From Geopsychrobacteraceae bacterium (GTDB lineage Bacteria; Desulfobacterota; Desulfuromonadia; Desulfuromonadales; Geopsychrobacteraceae): DNA of 64,000 nt. Where the stretch lies: assembly GCA_963662315.1 (NCBI GenBank), contig OY759353.1, forward strand, positions 2,272,001-2,336,000, given 5' to 3'. The notes beneath the pieces were generated by a model. The model saw only the letters and a list, made by a program, of their open reading frames with translations. It ran no database searches and was not told where the DNA came from. The translations under genes and the position numbers were made by a program. Position 1 is the stretch's first letter. Each line of letters starts with the position of its first letter. Positions 52,265-63,000 of the stretch are shown one piece after another.

Positions 52265-53572
52265 TTACCGCACACTCATCCCCTCATCAAGATACTTGAT
52301 CAGAGGATAGATAAAGAACTCGATAATCCGCCGTTTACCAACTTTGATCTCAGCCGCAACACTCATCCCGGCAACAATCGGCGTTGCCACTCCTTCGACC
52401 ATAAGCGTTGTCTGCTGCGGCTGAATATAGACTTCATAGACCAGTCCCATCTGCTCATCTTCGATACTGTCTTTGGACACCTGCTGTACCGTTCCATCAA
52501 GGGTGCCATACTTCTGGAAATTGAAGGTATCTATCTTGATGGACGCTTCCATATCGGAGGCGACAAAGCCGGCGTCCTTATTGAGCAGCTGGGCTTTGAT
52601 CAGCAAGGGCGAATCATCCGGAACAATATAGGCCAGCTTTTCTGCGGGAGTAACAACTCCGCCAATGGTATGAAACAGCAAGCGCGAGACATAGCCATCA
52701 ACTGGAGCGGTAATCTGCTGGCGGTGGCTGCGAAACTCGGTCTGATCGATTTGCGCCCGTAAATAGAGTTTGCGCTGCTGTTTTTCGGCCAATTCGGTGA
52801 GCAACCGATTGCGATTTTGTTCGGTGAGATAGGCGATCTCTTTCTGGGTCTGCATCTTACGCGCGCTGATTTCGCTACGCTGATGCTGCCCGGACTCCAG
52901 TTCGGTCTGATTTTTACGTAATTCGCTCTGGGTCTGCTCATAATCGTCGCGACTGAGAATATCGCGAACCTGATCCAGACGCTGTAAACGCTGTTGCAAC
53001 AGTTCGACCATATACCTGGCATGAGCCATGGAGCTGTTCAGCGCCAGCAATTGTTCATCCAGCTGCTCCAGAACCTGCTCCTTGGCCTGGATCTGCTCAG
53101 CAAGACTCTGCCGTTCGGCAAGGTAGATCTGTTGCTGAACCAGAATACTGTCCGGATCGGACGTAGCTAACGGCATAAAGGGTTTGTCATTCAGCAGCGC
53201 CGCAATTCGTACAACTTCCAGTTCCACCTGCTGGAGATCCGCTTTATACGAAACCAATTCAGGATCGACATCGGACGGATCGATCTCAAGCAGAACCTGC
53301 CCCTGGGTAACATGATCCCCGGCAGCAACCAGAATACTGCGCACCACCCCAGTATTAAGGGGCTGCAAGATCTTGACTTCACCACTGGGAATAACGCGTC
53401 CACGCGCCGTGACGACAACATCAACCTGACCAATCAGCATCCACAGCAGCGTAAAAACCAAGGCCGTGATAATAATCCAGAAGATGGCGCGACCCAACGG
53501 GTTGAGGGGGCGGTCTTCGATCTCGACCAGAAGCGGTTTGAATTCGTGTTTATCGTTGAGTTTCTCAGCCAT
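52265..53572 (-). CDS. HlyD-family type I secretion membrane fusion protein
   Basis: Single TM, coiled coil, APVDG, FNFQKYG, GMSVAAEIKVGKR. Confidence 0.94.
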   Translation of the reverse strand: MAEKLNDKHEFKPLLVEIEDRPLNPLGRAIFWIIITALVFTLLWMLIGQVDVVVTARGRVIPSGEVKILQPLNTGVVRSILVAAGDHVTQGQVLLEIDPSDVDPELVSYKADLQQVELEVVRIAALLNDKPFMPLATSDPDSILVQQQIYLAERQSLAEQIQAKEQVLEQLDEQLLALNSSMAHARYMVELLQQRLQRLDQVRDILSRDDYEQTQSELRKNQTELESGQHQRSEISARKMQTQKEIAYLTEQNRNRLLTELAEKQQRKLYLRAQIDQTEFRSHRQQITAPVDGYVSRLLFHTIGGVVTPAEKLAYIVPDDSPLLIKAQLLNKDAGFVASDMEASIKIDTFNFQKYGTLDGTVQQVSKDSIEDEQMGLVYEVYIQPQQTTLMVEGVATPIVAGMSVAAEIKVGKRRIIEFFIYPLIKYLDEGMSVR

Positions 53573-55671
53573 CAGATACCCTGCTGTGCATGAAGATGAT
53601 GATAGTAACCACGCGCCTGCAAAAGCTGTTCATGGGTTCCGGATTCCACCAGGCGCCCCTTTTCCAGAACCAGGATCAGGTCACAATCCCGAATGGTTGC
53701 CAACCGGTGAGCAACTATCAAGGTGGTACGTCCCTGCTTGATCTTCTGCATATTGTTCTGGATGATCTTTTCCGACTCGTAATCGAGAGCCGAAGTCGCT
53801 TCATCAAAAATCAACAGCCTGGGATTGTTGATCAGGGCTCTGGCAATAGCAATGCGCTGTCGCTGCCCACCAGACAGGGAACTGCCGCGTTCGCTGACCG
53901 CAGTATCGTAGCCTTCAGGAAGTTGGGAGATGAACTCATGGGCTCCGGCGATTTTAGCGACATGGAGAATCAACTCCATAGGCGCATCCGGTTTGGGCAG
54001 GGCGATGTTATCGCGGATAGTGCCACTGAACAGGTAATTCTCCTGTAGGACAACCCCGATGTTATAGCGCAACCAGAATGGGTTCAGATGACGAGCATCA
54101 ATATCGTCAATATAGATCGCTCCTTCACTGGGAATGTACAGCCGCTGCAATAGCTTGGCCAGGGTACTCTTCCCGCTGCCGCTACGCCCGACAATGCCGA
54201 CACTCATACCCGGCTGAATCTCAACACTCAGGGCATCCAGAACATTTGGTCCGCCGGGATGATATTTGAAGCCGACCTGTTCCAGCTTTAACGCTCCTTT
54301 TAATTGCGGTAAGGTGATGGCTTTATCGTTGGTGACTTCTTGTGGATGGTTGAGAATATCCCCAAGACGGTCAACCGACAGCAGGGCCTGCTGAAACTCG
54401 TTCCACAGGTTGACCAGGCGTAAGACCGGTGCTGTAAACTGACCAGAGAACATCTGAAAGGCGATCAACTGACCAATTGTCAAGTCCCCCTGCAGAACCG
54501 CCTTGACGCCAAGGTACAAAACCGAGATGGTCATCAAGCGCCGTAAAGTCCCCGAAATGGCTCCGGAAATGTTGGACATATTGGCCAGTTTGAAACTGGA
54601 ATTGACATAGCGCCCCAGGTGATCTTCCCAACGATTTTGCATGTTCCCTTCAACCGCCAGGGATTTGACTGTCTGCACTCCGGTAACCGATTCTACGAGA
54701 TAAGAGTTGGATGCTGCGGCCATTTGAAATTTGCCTTCCAAGCGTCTTCGTAGTTCTGGAGTAATCATCAGATATAAAATTCCGATGACTGTAACAAAAC
54801 CAAGGACAATCAAGGTTAACTTGACACTGTAGAGCAACATAACAGCCACGAACACCAGCGAAAAGAACAGGTCGATGATGACGCTGACCGCTTTGTTGGT
54901 AATGAATTCACGAATGGTATCGAGTTCGCGTACCCGCGCAGCGATATTCCCTACTTGGCGCGCTTCGAAGTAACGAAACGGTAAGGCCAGCAGATGGCGA
55001 AACAGCTTGGCGCCGAGCTTGGCATCCAGTTTATGCGCGGTATGGATAAATATGTAATTTCGGGAAATATTGAGTAACAGTTCAAAGACGGTGACCGCCA
55101 GAAACGCAATCCCCAGCACATCGAGGGTCGTCAGACTATGGTGGACAATAACCTTATCGAGGATCACCTGAGTGAAAAGTGGCGTGACCAGACCGAACAG
55201 TTGGACAACAAAGGAGCCGAGCAGTACCTCGCCGATAATGCGCTTGAATTTGATGATCTCATGCAGAAACCATCCGAAACCGAAGACGATCTGTGAATTG
55301 ATTTTTTTGTGTTTTAGGATGATGAACTGACGGCATTCCTGTTCCAGTTCGGAGCACTCTTTTTCAAGAGTCTTTTTTGCCACGGGGTCAAACAGCAGAC
55401 ATTTTTCACCATCCTGATCAAATTTGAGTAAAACGACATAGTCTCCAGCTGCAGTAATAGCGATGGCGGGTAAAGGGTAGCCCTGCTGATTTAATTTGTT
55501 TAAGGGCAGTGTTTTCAGTTTGACTTTGAAGTCGTAACGCTTGGCGATGCGAACTAGCTCTTCAGCTGAGACCTGCTCCTGTAACCCGGATTCGCGGGCA
55601 ATGGCTCGGATGTCAACATCGATCCGGTTCAGGCGGGCGACGACTTCAAAAGCGATCAGGGCACTGTTCAT
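53572..55671 (-). CDS. HlyB-like type I secretion ABC transporter with C39-like domain
   Basis: TPLFTQVILDKV, GRSGSGKS, LSGGQRQR, DEATSALD. Confidence 0.95.
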   Translation of the reverse strand: MNSALIAFEVVARLNRIDVDIRAIARESGLQEQVSAEELVRIAKRYDFKVKLKTLPLNKLNQQGYPLPAIAITAAGDYVVLLKFDQDGEKCLLFDPVAKKTLEKECSELEQECRQFIILKHKKINSQIVFGFGWFLHEIIKFKRIIGEVLLGSFVVQLFGLVTPLFTQVILDKVIVHHSLTTLDVLGIAFLAVTVFELLLNISRNYIFIHTAHKLDAKLGAKLFRHLLALPFRYFEARQVGNIAARVRELDTIREFITNKAVSVIIDLFFSLVFVAVMLLYSVKLTLIVLGFVTVIGILYLMITPELRRRLEGKFQMAAASNSYLVESVTGVQTVKSLAVEGNMQNRWEDHLGRYVNSSFKLANMSNISGAISGTLRRLMTISVLYLGVKAVLQGDLTIGQLIAFQMFSGQFTAPVLRLVNLWNEFQQALLSVDRLGDILNHPQEVTNDKAITLPQLKGALKLEQVGFKYHPGGPNVLDALSVEIQPGMSVGIVGRSGSGKSTLAKLLQRLYIPSEGAIYIDDIDARHLNPFWLRYNIGVVLQENYLFSGTIRDNIALPKPDAPMELILHVAKIAGAHEFISQLPEGYDTAVSERGSSLSGGQRQRIAIARALINNPRLLIFDEATSALDYESEKIIQNNMQKIKQGRTTLIVAHRLATIRDCDLILVLEKGRLVESGTHEQLLQARGYYHHLHAQQGI

Positions 55672-57032
55672 TGAGGCACTCTCTGTAGCAGTTGGAGTTG
55701 GAGACTGGAAGCGGCATAATCAACCTCTTTTAGACTGAGCTGCTGTTGTTTTTCCAGCAAGCTCAGGTGACGCTGTTCGAGGCCAACCTGACTGCTGAGT
55801 TGTTGATGGTGAAGACGGGTGATATCGTCGCTTTGCAGGTCGATGGTGTCGGTCATGGCCCGGCGCTGCGCGGTCATCTGCTGTAACCCTTTAAAGGTGG
55901 ACTGAGCTTGTGCGTAGGCCGTGGTCTTTTCAGCCAGGACTTTGTCTTTTTCCAGCATCAAGGCTTCCAGTTCCCGTTGCAGGCGTTTGCTTTTATAATG
56001 GCTGGCAAAACCATCAAACAGAGGTACGGTAATGGCGAGAGAGATACTGGTATCGCGTTTACGCAGATCATGGATGGCATCACGATAACTGCTGTCGTCA
56101 CTACCATAGAGACCATAGTTTCCCGACAGGGTGACCTGTGGCCAATAGTTTTTTTGAGCCAGACGCAGTTCGGTCTGTTTGATTTTTATCTGGCGGCTGA
56201 CGACACGCACATCCGGATTCTGCTCAAAGTCGGGCGGTGTGGGATTGTGTGTTGCCAATGTGAGGTCGCTCAATACGGTGTTGGCGGTATTATAGGGGAT
56301 TCCGGTATACAGGGAGAGTTGCTGGAAAACGGTCTGACGTTCGACATTCAGGTCCTCCTGCCGGGAAGTGGCCTCGGCCAAAGCGAGGGCGGCTTCGCCG
56401 ACGTCCTGCCGACCATAGCGGCCGGCCTGGCAAAGCTGCTCGCTGAACCGATAGATACGCGTCCGGCCTTGAAGAATTTCAGCCTGAAAAATCTGTTGCT
56501 TCTGGACCTTCAGAGCTCGACGATACAGATCAAGTATCTGCAGGGAGAGCTGTTGTTCGTTGCTGAGAACTTTTACCGCGGCAAGGTCGACCTGGTGTTT
56601 GGCATAGTCTAGCTGCAAACGTCGCCGACCGAAATCGTAAAGGGTATACTGCCCGGACAGGTAGAGGGAGTTTTTAAATTTTGAGCTACTGTCGGAATAG
56701 ACGGTATCGCCGACGGCGACGACACTATTGTACTCGTCGAAAACATGAGCATATTCTTGCCCGTAACGCAGCGAAAATTGGGGATAATAGGCGGCCTTCG
56801 CTTCGCCGACCCCGGCTTGAGCCCCAGAAACATTGACCTTGGCAATCCGCAGATCGTAAGCATGTTGCAGGCTTTGGCTGAGTATCTGCTCAAAGCTCAC
56901 TGTCTCAGCAGACGCAGGTGTGACAAAAAAACAGATCAGTGTTGTCAGGACAACGCTGATCCTTCCGAGATAAAACAATGATCCCTCCGGTAAAAAACCA
57001 AACTGAAATTGTAATCTAGGGTGTGACGTCAT
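55668..57032 (-). CDS. TolC-family outer membrane protein
   Basis: Two OEP repeats (AYYPQFSL, YDFGRR, NYWPQVTL, VPLFDGF); start uncertain. Confidence 0.85.
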   Translation of the reverse strand: MTSHPRLQFQFGFLPEGSLFYLGRISVVLTTLICFFVTPASAETVSFEQILSQSLQHAYDLRIAKVNVSGAQAGVGEAKAAYYPQFSLRYGQEYAHVFDEYNSVVAVGDTVYSDSSSKFKNSLYLSGQYTLYDFGRRRLQLDYAKHQVDLAAVKVLSNEQQLSLQILDLYRRALKVQKQQIFQAEILQGRTRIYRFSEQLCQAGRYGRQDVGEAALALAEATSRQEDLNVERQTVFQQLSLYTGIPYNTANTVLSDLTLATHNPTPPDFEQNPDVRVVSRQIKIKQTELRLAQKNYWPQVTLSGNYGLYGSDDSSYRDAIHDLRKRDTSISLAITVPLFDGFASHYKSKRLQRELEALMLEKDKVLAEKTTAYAQAQSTFKGLQQMTAQRRAMTDTIDLQSDDITRLHHQQLSSQVGLEQRHLSLLEKQQQLSLKEVDYAASSLQLQLLQRVPQ

Positions 57033-57038
57033 AACAGA

Positions 57039-57069
57039 ATCAGGCAGGATCAAAAAGACCCTGCCTGAT
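57039..57069 (-). terminator. Stem-loop between RTX gene and secretion genes
   Basis: atcaggcagg-N11-cctgcctgat. Confidence 0.55.
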
Positions 57070-57092
57070 ATTTATCGCAACAACAGACGCCC

Positions 57093-60000
57093 TTAGGCCG
57101 CCTGCCAACCACTGGCGACAATGGCCATCAGTTCTTCGTTATTTCTGACATCGTCCAGACTGTCCATGGAGATACCCGCAGTTGTGGCATAAGCACTCAT
57201 GTCCTGAATGATCTGGTTGATATCAGCGGCGGTCATGCTATTGCCGTCATTAAGGATTATCTCTTCTATGCGGTTACCGGTTGTGGAGTCACTGTAGTTA
57301 GACAAAGTGATCTGGTCATCTATACCGTAACCGATTTGCAGGGTTGATCCGTTCTTGAAAAGGGCAATACTGTCACTTGTGACATCTTCGCCGAATTGTA
57401 CTGTTTCCGTTCCTGAAGTATCAGAAACAGTATCTTGCCCATCGCCAAGATTGAACAGATAGCTATCGTCGCCAGCGCCACCATAGAGCCGGTCGTTACC
57501 AACACCACCGATCAGTTGATCATTGCCGTCACCGCCCTGTAGGGTGTCAACTCCGGCTCCACCTTCCAACACATCATTCCCGGCATTGCCGTACAGGCTG
57601 TCATTCCCCAGTCCACCGATATAATGGTTCGCTGCGTCATCACCGCTGAAGCTGTCATTGGCATCGGTACCATAAATCGGCAACTGAGCAAGTAATTCGT
57701 CACGACTCAGAACCGTTCCATCGGCAAAGCTGAACTGATCAAGACGGTAATTGCTATAGCTGGAATGAAACCACAAAGAAAGCTTGATCTGGTCACCGTC
57801 ACTACCGATTTTCATCAGCAGATCATTGCCGGATTTTTCCAGAGTCAGATCTGAAATCACGATCCCCTCTCCGAAGGAGAGAGTATCCAGACCATCAATA
57901 TCGTCGACACCGATCACATCCTGGCCGTCACCCATATTGAAACGGAAAGTATCATCACCAGCACCGCCGTAAAGGTTATCGTTGCCAACACCTCCGATCA
58001 CAAAATCGTTTCCGTTACCACCCTGGAGTGTATCAGTCCCAACTCCACCTTCGAGCAGATCATTACCATCATTTCCATAGAGGGTGTCATTACCAAGGCC
58101 TCCAATATAATGGTTGTCGCTGGCATCACCACTGATACTGTCATTGGCATCGGTACCATAAATCGGCAACTGAGCAAGTAATTCGTCACGACTCAGAACC
58201 GTTCCATCGGCAAAGCTGAACTGATCAAGACGGTAATTGCTATAGCTGGAATGAAACCACAAAGAAAGCTTGATCTGGTCACCGTCACTACCGATTTTCA
58301 TCAGCAGATCATTGCCGGATTTTTCCAGAGTCAGATCTGAAATCACGATCCCCTCTCCGAAGGAGAGAGTATCCAGACCATCAATATCGTCGACACCGAT
58401 CACATCCTGGCCGTCACCCATATTGAAACGGAAAGTATCATCACCAGCACCGCCGTAAAGGTTATCGTTGCCAACACCTCCGATCACAAAATCGTTTCCG
58501 TTACCACCCTGGAGTGTATCAGTTCCAACTCCACCTTCGAGCAGATCATTACCATCATTTCCATAGAGGGTGTCATTACCAAGGCCTCCAATATAATGGT
58601 TGTCGCTGGCATCACCACTGATACTGTCATTGGCATCGGTACCATAAATCGGCAACTGAGCAAGTAATTCGTCACGACTCAGAACCGTTCCATCGGCAAA
58701 GCTGAACTGATCAAGACGGTAATTGCTATAGCTGGAATGAAACCACAAAGAAAGCTTGATCTGATCACCGTCACTACCGATTTTCATCAGCAGATCATTG
58801 CCGGATTTTTCCAGACGAAGATCCTCCAAGGAAATATCAGCACCAAAGGACAGGGTATCCACTCCTTCCGTCGTATCCAGTTGAATCGTGTCCTGCCCAT
58901 CTCCCAGGTTAAAAACAAAGGTGTCATCGCCAGCACCACCAGACAGGCTGTCATTTCCGGTACCGCCAAGCAGGATATCATTGCCGTCACCACCTTGCAG
59001 GGTATCAGCACCAATGCCACCTTCCAGCACATCATTCCCGGCATAGCCGTAAAGAGTATCATTGCCAGCAAGGCCAACAATCTGGTCAGGAACGCTAGAA
59101 CCTTGAAGAGAATCATTATTTTCACTTCCCATAACAGCGTTCAAACCATTTGAGACAAATAAAGATCCGCTTCCGGAGGTACTTTCCTGCCCATCGGTAA
59201 TTTGATAACTGACAGATACCAGTCCCAATGAATCCGAATCGCCTATATAAGTCCAAGTTCCGTCACCGTTATCCGTCAAAATTCCTTTATCAACCTGCAC
59301 ATCAAATACACTTAGAGTATCACCATCAACATCTGTAGCATTAGCAAGAAGTTGATCGGCCGTAATCGTAATCGTATCACCGATAAGTAATCCTCCTAAG
59401 TTTGTACTATTGCCAGAAGAAGGTGTGTCATTCACAGGAACAATATTGATTGACGCAGAGGATGATAGATAGGCCTCCCCATCAGTGACTCGGAAATTGA
59501 TAATTGCAGCTCCATTACGATTGGCGGCAGGCGTAAAGGTCCATTCTCCTTCACCACTTGAAACAATAGTCCCATAACCGGAACTCACGCTTTCCACAGT
59601 TAATAAGTCACCATCCCAATCCGAAATATTGGCAATCAGTTGATCTCTTGTAATGGTTATTGAACCGTCCTCGTTCATCTCTCCAAGGGCAACAGGCCCT
59701 GAGGCTACGGGGGCGGTATTGATATCTAATGACTGAAGTAGTTCTTGAGCCGTCAAAACAGTCCCATCGGCAAAACTGAACTGATCGGTCCGTTTGGTCA
59801 CATAGCTGGGATGGAACCAGTAATTAAAAGTGAGCTGATCGCCGGTATCTCCAACCTTGATCACTAGGTTGTTGGATGATTTTTCCACAATCAAGTCACT
59901 CTGCGTAATCCCCTCGCCAAACGCAAGGCTATCGATTCCATCAACATCATCAAGGTAGATAGTGTCCTGACCATCGCCTATGTTAAAAACAAAGCTGTCA

Positions 60001-63000
60001 TCCCCTGCACCACCATAGAGCGTATCGCTTCCGGTTCCTCCGATCAGACGATCGTTGCCATCGCCTCCCTGCAGGCTATCATCACCCTCATCACCATCGA
60101 GAATATCGTTACCAGCATAGCCATAAAGGGTGTCATTTCCTGCTCTACCAAGCATCACATCGACGCCTTCATAACCGGTCAAAGAATTGTTGGCATCGGT
60201 ACCACTACTGTTCACTGGATACCGCACCAGAAACTCTTCAGTTGTCAGAATCGTACCGTCTGAAAATTTGAATTGACCTGTCCGTTTGGTCACATAGCTG
60301 GGATGGAACCAGTAATTAAAAGTGAGCTGATCGCCGGTATCTCCAACCTTGATCACAAGGTTGTTGGATGATTTTTCCAAAGTCAGGTCACTCTGCGTAA
60401 TCCCCTCGCCAAACGCAAGAGTATCGGTTCCATCCGCATCATCAAGATAAATGGTGTCCTGACCATCTCCCAGGTTAAAGACAAAGGTGTCATCCCCGGC
60501 TCCACTATAGAGCGTATCGCTTCCGGTTCCTCCGATCAGGCGATCGTTGCCATCACCCCCCTGCAGGGTGTCATTGCCTTCACCTCCCACCAGAATATCG
60601 TTGCCAGCATAGCCATAGAGAGAATCGTTGCCAAGTCCACCAATAAAGTGATTGGCATCGGAATCACCACTGATGCTGTCATTGCCATCTGTGCCATAAA
60701 TAGGCAACTGGCCGAACAGCTCTTCTTTACTCAAAGTTTTTCCGTCAAAAAAGGTAAACTGATCCAGCTGATAGGCAGCATAACTTGGATGAAACCAATT
60801 ATTGAGAGTGATCTGATCGGTATTGTCACCGATATGAATAACGAGATTATTGGCGATTCTTGACAATGTCAGATTGCTGCTAGATATCCCTTCACCAAAC
60901 GCAAGACTATTGGCCCCTGCCGCATCATCAAGATAAATGGTGTCCTGGCCATCTCCCAGGTTAAAGACAAAGCTGTCATCCCCTGCTCCACCATAGAGCG
61001 TATCGCTTCCGGTTCCTCCGATCAGGCGATCGTTGCCATCCCCCCCCTGCAGGGTGTCATCCCCTGCACCACCTTCCAAAATGTCATTGCCGGCATAACC
61101 GTAAAGAGTATCATTGCCGGCAAGACCAACAATCTGATCAGAATCACTCGTTCCCTGAAGGTAATTATTACTGTCATTCCCCATAACAACATTTAAACCA
61201 TTGGAAACAAATAAAGAACCAGTTGAATGGACACTTTCCTGCCCATCGGTAATTTGATAACTGACAGATACCAGTCCTAACGAATCCGAATCGCCTGCAT
61301 ATGTCCAAGTTCCGTCACCGTTATTCGTCAAAGTTCCTTTGTCAACCTGCACATCAAATACACTTAGAGTATCACCATCAACATCTGTAGCATTTCTGAG
61401 AAGATCTTCCCTGGTTATTGTTAATGTGTTCCCAAGTTGTACCCCGCCAAAACTCGTGCTCCCCCCGGCACTCGGCGCATCATTGACCGGAGTAATATTG
61501 ATTGACGCAGAGGATGATAGATAGGCCTCCCCATCAGTGACTCGGAAATTGATAATTGCAGCTCCATTACGATTGGCGGCAGGCGTAAAGGTCCATTCTC
61601 CTTCACCACTTGAAACAATAGACCCATAACCGGAACTCACACTCTCCACAGTTAATAAGTCACCATCCCAATCCGAAATATTGGCAATCAGTTGATCTCT
61701 TGTGACGGTTATCGAGCCGTCCTCGTTCATCTCTCCAAGGGCAACTGGCCCTGAGGCTACGGGGGCGGTATTGATATCTAATGACTGAAGTAGTTCTTGA
61801 GCCGTCAAAACAGTCCCATCGGCAAAACTGAACTGATCGATCCGTTTGGTCACATAGCTGGGAGAGAACCAGTAATTGAAAGTGAGCTGATCGCCGGTAT
61901 CTCCAACCTTGATCACTAGGTTGTTGGATGATTTTTCCAAAATCAGGTCACTCTGCGCAATCCCCTCGCCAAACGCAAGAGTATCGGTTCCATCCGCATC
62001 ATCTAGATAGATGGTGTCCTGACCATCTCCCAGGTTAAAGACAAAGCTGTCATCCCCTGCTCCACCATAGAGCGTATCGCTTCCGGTTCCTCCGATCAGG
62101 CGATCGTTGCCATCACCCCCCTGCAGCGTGTCATTGCCAGCACCTCCCATCAGTATATCGTTGCCAGCATAGCCATAGAGAGAATCGTTGCCAAGGCCAC
62201 CAATAAAGTGATTGGCATCGGAATCACCACTGATGCTGTCATTGCCATCTGTGCCATAAATAGGCAACTGGCCGAACAGCTCTTCTTTACTCAAAGTTTT
62301 TCCGTCAAAAAAGGTAAACTGATCCAGCTGATAGGCAGCATAACTTGGATGAAACCAATTATTGAGAGTGATCTGATCGGTATTGTCACCGATATGAATA
62401 ACGAGATTATTGGCGATTCTTGACAATGTCAGATTGCTGCTAGATATCCCTTCACCAAACGCAAGACTATTGGTCCCTGACGCATCATCGAGATAAATGG
62501 TGTCCTGACCATCTCCCAGGTTAAAGACAAAGCTGTCATCCCCGGCTCCACCATAGAGCGTATCGCTTCCAGTTCCTCCGATCAGGCGATCGTTGCCATC
62601 ACCCCCCTGCAGGGTGTCACCCCCTGCACCACCTTCCAAAGTGTCATTGCCGGCATAACCGTAAAGAGTATCATTGCCGGCAAGACCAACAATCTGATCA
62701 GAATCACTCGTTCCCTGAAGGTAATTATTACTGTCATTCCCCATAACAACATTTAAGCCATTGGAAACAAATAAAGAACCAGTTGAATGGACACTTTCAT
62801 GCCCATCGGTAATTTGATAACTGACAGATACCAGTCCTAACGAATCCGAATCGCCTGCATATGTCCAAGTTCCGTCACCGTTATCCGTCAAAGTTCCTTT
62901 GTCAACCTGCACATCAAACACACTTAGAGTATCGCCATCAACATCTGTAGCATTTCTGAGAAGATCTTCCCTGGTTATTGTTAATGTGTTCCCAAGTTGT

